The position numbers and the translations under genes were made by a program. The notes below the pieces were generated by a model. The model had not been told where the DNA came from and did no database searches. It was given only the letters and a program-made list of their open reading frames with translations. DNA of 64,000 nucleotides from Phoronis australis (lineage: Eukaryota > Animalia > Phoronida), in the NCBI GenBank assembly GCA_002633005.1, contig NMRA01000256.1, positions 200,784 to 264,783 of the forward strand. The letters are read 5' to 3'. Shown here piece by piece: positions 58,001 through 64,000 of this stretch; the stretch's first letter is position 1; each line of letters starts with the position of its first letter.

Positions 58001-61000
58001 ACTGTCTGAACATTGTATACATTTTCACCCTTTATTAATTTGTTTGAATATGGGATATTTTGCGCTGTTGTAATTATGAGGTGAAAAGTGTCACCTATAT
58101 GAGTGTGGTGTCATGTGCTCAAAAGAGTCACCATTGATGGAATCGCGTTGACAACCTGTTGGCATCATTTCGTTTAATTCAAACGGGCATTTCATAATCC
58201 TTGGTTACTTCAATTTTGCACACCCGTTAACTACAAAGTCTGTATGTTCAGTTGTTTGTCACACTCTAACTAGCTTGAAAATATGATGAATTTTTTGTTT
58301 GAAATAAATTGAGAATTACAATGTTAGAAGACTTTGAAAAATGAAAATGGGTAATTTCGGCAATTATTTTTGTCCGAAATTGGTAAGATTTTACATACTA
58401 GTTGTATTGTTTTTGCTTTAATGTCAGTCACACCACATATCTCTACACGCTACATGAAGAAGTTTGGAACTTCTGTATGGAACCATTAATCCTATGATTG
58501 TTTAGCAACAGTACTTTGTCTGGAAGTACTGTGAAGGTAAATGAAACAATCGACCAATGACTCACGATGTTTTTGTTTCAGTTTGATCAAGGCTTGCCCA
58601 CCAAAATTCCGTACAAGGCCATCCTGCTTGCTGTAGGTCTGTTCGTTGCTGGCTCTATTCTTATTGCAGTAGGGGCGTGTTTAGTAGCAGGGGTCTTTGA
58701 TGAAAAGGTTGGTAGTATTTTAAGTTACCCATTGATTTGATTGCATTTCAGACAATGCATAAACAACTTAGTTATTTGTGCAGTACGTTAAAACACTGGT
58801 AAGTTCTGTATGGTTATGTAAGACTCGACGAAAATTCCAACTTTGGCAAACCTTGGAACATCATGTCTTAGAAATGGCTGATTGGATTCTCGTGAACCTT
58901 TCGGATACTATGCTTTTTGAACTGTTGTCTAAAACGCTGTTAAGAATTATTTTTGAAACATTCTGGTTTTGTCTATCAAAGAAATTTAAGTTGGCTGCGT
59001 AAAATGAAAGTCAAGTGATAATTTACACAACTGTAACAGCATTTCTGAGGTTTCACCTTGAATGTTTATATGAAACAAAACTTGGTCTTGTTGCTGATGA
59101 TATTGTTTTGCTAAATTTCATTAAAAAGACAAAGTCACTTGAACCAATTTATGGCAGATTGATATAGAATCAAAAATCAAATTCTACCAGCTTTCTACTT
59201 TCAGAAAATTTATACTTGTGCCAAGTTAAATTCTGTAATTAGTACAAGTAGATATGTAGCTAAATACACATAGTTGACATAAATAACCACAATTTAATGT
59301 TTATTCATTTTAGAAGACAATATGTTGAAGAATACAATTTCAAAATTTTCAACAAAATAAAAAGGAAGTAAATTTTGCTTCTGAATCAATACTCGCACAG
59401 TTAATTATACGGGTCATCCTAAAACGAAATTTGAGCACTTGAATGTAGTGAGCTTTTAATGTAAAATTACAATTTTGACAATTATTTCATTAAAACTTGA
59501 GGAAACGTGATTGTTTTGACAATTATTTCATTAAAACTTGAGGAAACGTGATTGTTTTGTTGTAGTGTTATTATTTAATGTTACATTTTCTGTTTTGATC
59601 ATTTCTATAAAAAGTTAAGTTATTTAATGCCACTCTTTGGTAAGCATGTGTATTTGTATAGATAATTAATGTTGGCCCACATTAGTATATGATTTAAAAA
59701 CTTTTGCGTCAGTGTTATTCAGTGTAACATTTATTAATTGGCATGCAATATCTATGTGTTTGCTGTGTGTGTCATTGTTATCTACGCTGTGTCCATGAAG
59801 TATACTTTAAGAGTTTCTAGTGAAAATTTTAGTTTGTAACAATGTTTGTGAGACAAGTGTGTTATGAATAACAATAGTTTTTAATAGAACAATAATAATA
59901 TGCGATGAATGATATAGTATCGCCAATATATATCGACTGTTAACCTATTAATATGTAAATTTCAATTAAGTCAAAATAACCATTGTTTGTTCTAGTCTGT
60001 GGCATTTTTAAAGTTCATTCGATGGTACTGTGACTTTTTAGTCAACTGTAATTCAAAACATAACCTAAACTAAATTTTTAATTATTTTTTCTCATCTCAA
60101 ACCAGTTTTAGGGATGCAATGATGTTATTGCCTATGCTCATTTGAACACCAGATGGGGGACTAGTGGCACTCATGTTTGGGAGGCAATGAGACATTGGCT
60201 ACCAGTTTTGAAATGATTATTGCTCAGTGCTATAGATGTATTGCTTGGTTATAGTTATTTGCACAAATAGTGGCCCTTTATCAATTCTTCAAGGGCTGGG
60301 TACAGTGCTACAAATAGTTAAACTATCAAATGTTGTTATATGACAGTCATAGAATATAGGTCACAGAATATAGGCCATGTTATAATGAAGTAGAAGTTCT
60401 TTCTTAAAATAGTTTCTGCCATGTCATGGACAAAATACAATACTTGCCCATGGTGAAACCCAAGTTGCTTAAATTGTGAAAGTCAAAAATCAGGTGTTGT
60501 GATTATGGGCAGTTGAAAAGAATGTGTGCTGTTGGGGCTTTAATTCATATGAGCAGCCAATTTGGTCACGCAAATGCTTTCACTGTTTTTTCAAACGGGA
60601 ACGATATTGTTGACGTCTCCTTCAGGAAAAAGTGAGTATTTTACTACCTGAATATATCAAGGTGGTGCTGAAACTGACTGTTTCCAACCCAACGTAAGGG
60701 ATTTGTGTGCGTTTTGGGAGCTAAAATTCACTGAAGAGGGCATTGCAGTTTGAAGGAAGTTTCAGTTTTATGAATTGTGGAACTGTGAGTGAGCATTCAA
60801 AAGTGGAAACTTGAGAATTTTGAGGGTGGGCCTTAAACTGTAAATTGGCACGAACCCGGATGATTATGGTAGTTAAAGAGTAACTGCTAATTCCAGAAGC
60901 AAGTCAACAGTTTCTCTCTGGTTTCACTTTCAGTATGCTGACCGAACGTGGCCTGTCCTAGTGCTCGGAGCTCTCATGTTTATTCCTGGTGCCTACCATG

Positions 61001-61071
61001 TCCGGATAGCCTACTATGCATACAAAGGATACAAGGGATACTCCTATTCAGACATACCTGAATTTGACTGA
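55021..61071 (+). CDS. TMEM230: Transmembrane protein 230, 3 coding exons (55021-55098, 58582-58707, 60934-61071), 113 aa; absent from ORF track
   Basis: [26 protein letters not shown]|[42 protein letters not shown]|[45 protein letters not shown]. Matches TMEM230 signatures (KIPYKAI, F.PG.YH.RIAYYA.KGY.GYSY.DIP.FD); all junctions GT-AG, phase 0. Confidence 0.96.
59473..59554. repeat. 41-bp exact tandem duplication
   Basis: TTTTGACAATTATTTCATTAAAACTTGAGGAAACGTGATTG x2. Confidence 0.9.
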
Positions 61072-62875
61072 GACTCGTCGGTTTATCGGATTTATCCTGA
61101 CCTTAGAAGCTCTTAGAGTTGTCATAAGGTTATGGTTTGATAGAGATGGATCAGAGTTTGCCACCAACATTTTTACTTTGTCATTCTGTTTGGTCAACCC
61201 AGTAAGTAAAAACAAGCAGGGTTTTATTATTTATAGCACGTGAACTTTTGTTGTTGACTTTGTTGCTTTACAAAGTGAAGGCTGTGTGCTGTTTGCACTA
61301 TAGTAGAAGTCTTCAATTTTCTGTAAAAACAGTTGCTTCTGGTCTTTACCTGACTCTTTTTGAAACCTGCGCTCACCAACTAAAAAAGGATCCCCCCACA
61401 TCAGTTTCAGCCATGATCTTGTGTTTTTATTAAAAAGCTTCATCAAGGCGTGTAAACATAGGTAAGCATGGTTAAAATGCAATATTTGTCAAGCCATGAA
61501 TAAAAAACAAATTCTGCATCATTTTTGCTCACCTCAGGTAGATTTTCTTTTTTGAGCATCTACAAAAAACACTGCTCCACTGACTCTATTTTTAAAAAAG
61601 GAGACCAGAAACAATTATGCTTTGTATTGATGCTAAGAATGAAATGGTTTGGTCAGACAGCAAATGTTTTCCTGTCCAACTTCTATTTAGGTAAAACTGG
61701 AGCATGTTGGCTGCCATCCAGGACACCTCATGTATTTTTATGGCATCAAACGTCCCCTTGCAGGTGACCGTTATCTGTGCATGTGCAAACTTCAGTCAAA
61801 CTGCCAATCATTCTTCACTTGTCATGTGACTTGCCATGTGTCTGCAGTCTGCACATGCGTATGTCTGAAGTCTGCACATGCGCATATAACATTTACCTTT
61901 TAGGAGACCCCAGCAGTGTTCCAGATTGTTTGTTGTGTGAATCTGCTGAATACATCTTTGTTGGAAAAGGTTCATTTGAAACTTATGAGAGATGGTGCTG
62001 TTAGTTTTAGCCTAAACATTTTTGTTAAGAACGGGGATGCACATCCTGGGGGTACTTCACTATATTTTTACCATTGTTGACTAGGAGGAGGGGGTGCAAC
62101 TGGAAAATTACCAGAGGGACTCGTTTTAGGGAGCTCTTATGAAAAGGTCTCCCCTTCGTAGGATTCAGTGCCAAAAGTATACCCCTTTTGTATAGGTTTA
62201 ATTGCATGAACTTAACCCTTGTCAGAATTCTTGGACAGTTGACTGTTTAACCCATTAAGCATGAAATGTGTGAGAGGCCATCTGGTGGCAAGAATGACAA
62301 CATCATTTTATCAAATGTTTAGAAATATCGACAACATCCAGTGACCTTCTAGATTGATGTAATTGGAAAAAATAAATTGCGGGAAATTAAATCAGAAATG
62401 CACCTTTTCATGGGAAAAGAATCCTTTAGTGGCAAAATGGTTGTGATTAAGTCAGCCTTCTGCACCGCATGTCCCATATGGGCCATGGCTGTTCCCAAGA
62501 GGTCCATTGTAGTTTCACTTCTTGCTGTCTTGAAACTGTTAAAAAATTGTATTCCATGATTCTGAAGGAAGTGTTGCTATTGAAAAAGACCCTTTGGCCG
62601 CTACATTTTTGGTAACTGTGTGAGAGGCACAGCTTCATAGGCATCAGAAATGTTAAATGATTTCTGTACATGCAGGAGAATACATGTTGTTAATTGTTTC
62701 ACTGTGTTGGTTTGTATGTAGTTTCAAAATATTTGATCAATGTTGAACATGCAGGATTGTTCAAATTATCCTATTCTAGATTGATGGTTGCTTTTCATTT
62801 TTGAGGCTAGAAATGTATGTTTTTTAAACTTATTTTTGTTTTGTCTGTCTGTAAATATTAAAATAACTTATGTTC

Positions 62876-62881
62876 AATAAA
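62876..62881 (+). promoter_or_regulatory. Candidate TMEM230 polyadenylation signal (another AATAAA at 61499-61504)
   Basis: AATAAA after a T-rich, 3'UTR-like stretch downstream of the stop codon. Confidence 0.35.
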
Positions 62882-63404
62882 ATTTAGAAAATTTAAATGA
62901 ACGTCAAATGCAACAACAAAAATTGAGGCCGGATATTCCACGAGATGATCGTGCTAATAAAAGGGAGTCCTCTTGAGTCGGAATAGAGTGATTACCAGTT
63001 GGCAGGTGCACTATCCGTAAACGCAATATGCTCGCGAATGTGAAAGACCAGCAAGTCATGCAAGATATCATTATGCATTACCATCGAAGTTCGTTGTCGC
63101 ACTAGTCTTATTCTGGGTCCAGTTCACCTGCAACTGAGTGTTGGTGAGATGAGGATTATGTTGCGCATTTTGCTTTGACGAAGTTATTGGGACAATGTTC
63201 CCTACTGAGTATGTGCGTGAACGCGTGATACCGCTACGGTCGTATCAACACAACTGGGTATAATGTAATTTAAATCTGATCTTTTTGATATCACCGATTA
63301 ACGCCTACGTTTCATGTTCTCAAGTGAAAAGCCCAGCGGCAAAAATGTGATTCGCTCGAGCGTTCCGTTTTGAATATGTTTACAAGTTTATCATTTTCGA
63401 GAAT

Positions 63405-64000
63405 TAGACCGGCAGCCCAGAGCACTTAGCATAGATGAACGAGGTACCAACATCTGACCACGGGAGCATTTAAGGTCCACCTCAGTATGTACAGAAATGG
63501 ACGTCTGCCGTTGTCTGCACTCTGGGTGTGACCCCTGGGGGCCTTATAAAGAGCCCAAAAATGAGCTAGACTAGATATTCGAGGTACCAACCAAAACTAA
63601 TTTAAAACGAACAATAGTACCGCACTGAACACCGAATGACCCATGACAGACAAATTGCACTCTGGAATAGGTCCGGCAGAAACCAAAAAAGGACCCTCAA
63701 AAAATGAGCTAGCACATACATTCGAGGCTCTACACAAAACCAATTCCATATGATTCAATACATGTCACAGATCACTAAAACCCCTATGACAGACAAAATA
63801 CACTCTGGACTGTGCCCGGCAGAAACCCCCAAAAATCTCAACCATGGTATGCCATCAAAAATTTGAGCTAGACTAGATTTTCGAGGTACCGGCCAAAACT
63901 GATTTTAAACGAACAATATTACCGCACTGAACTCCAAATGACCCATGACGGACAAATTGCACTCTGGAATGGGTCCGGCAGAAACCAAAAAAGGACCCCC
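63405..64000. mobile_element. Second copy of the Academ-like family with internal tandem repeats, truncated by window edge
   Basis: Same ~52-bp terminus TAGACCGGCAGCCCAGAGCACTTAGCATAGATGAAC as 41858; repeated ACTCTGGA...CCGGCAGAAACC units. Confidence 0.7.

Overview
AT-rich, intron-rich eukaryotic DNA. The repeat and gene content suggests a marine invertebrate, possibly a deuterostome (inference only). I hand-spliced three genes using GT-AG junctions and phase matching. (1) Minus strand, 22753 to 1537 or beyond: a 14-exon gene for a type I membrane protein of at least 922 aa. Its architecture is unusual: signal peptide, a usherin-like head (laminin N-terminal domain split by a LamG-like domain), about 1.5 laminin-EGF repeats, a plexin/MET-like stalk of three IPT/TIG domains with an RQKR furin site, a TM helix and a Tyr-containing tail that probably continues left of the window. 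(2) Minus strand, 52014 to 32826: a complete 8-exon L-type lectin LMAN2/LMAN2L (VIP36/VIPL), 329 aa, ending RKRFY. (3) Plus strand, 55021 to 61071: TMEM230, 3 coding exons, 113 aa, head-to-head with LMAN2. Introns are crowded with mobile DNA: at least seven TTAA-associated Kolobok-like elements (some retaining THAP-transposase or KolX-like remnants), Helentron/DINE-like elements, a Penelope fragment with a decayed minimal hammerhead, a LINE RT fragment, Academ-like and other MITEs, plus a probable assembly-derived duplication around a single N. All family assignments come from motif recognition by eye; no searches were run.
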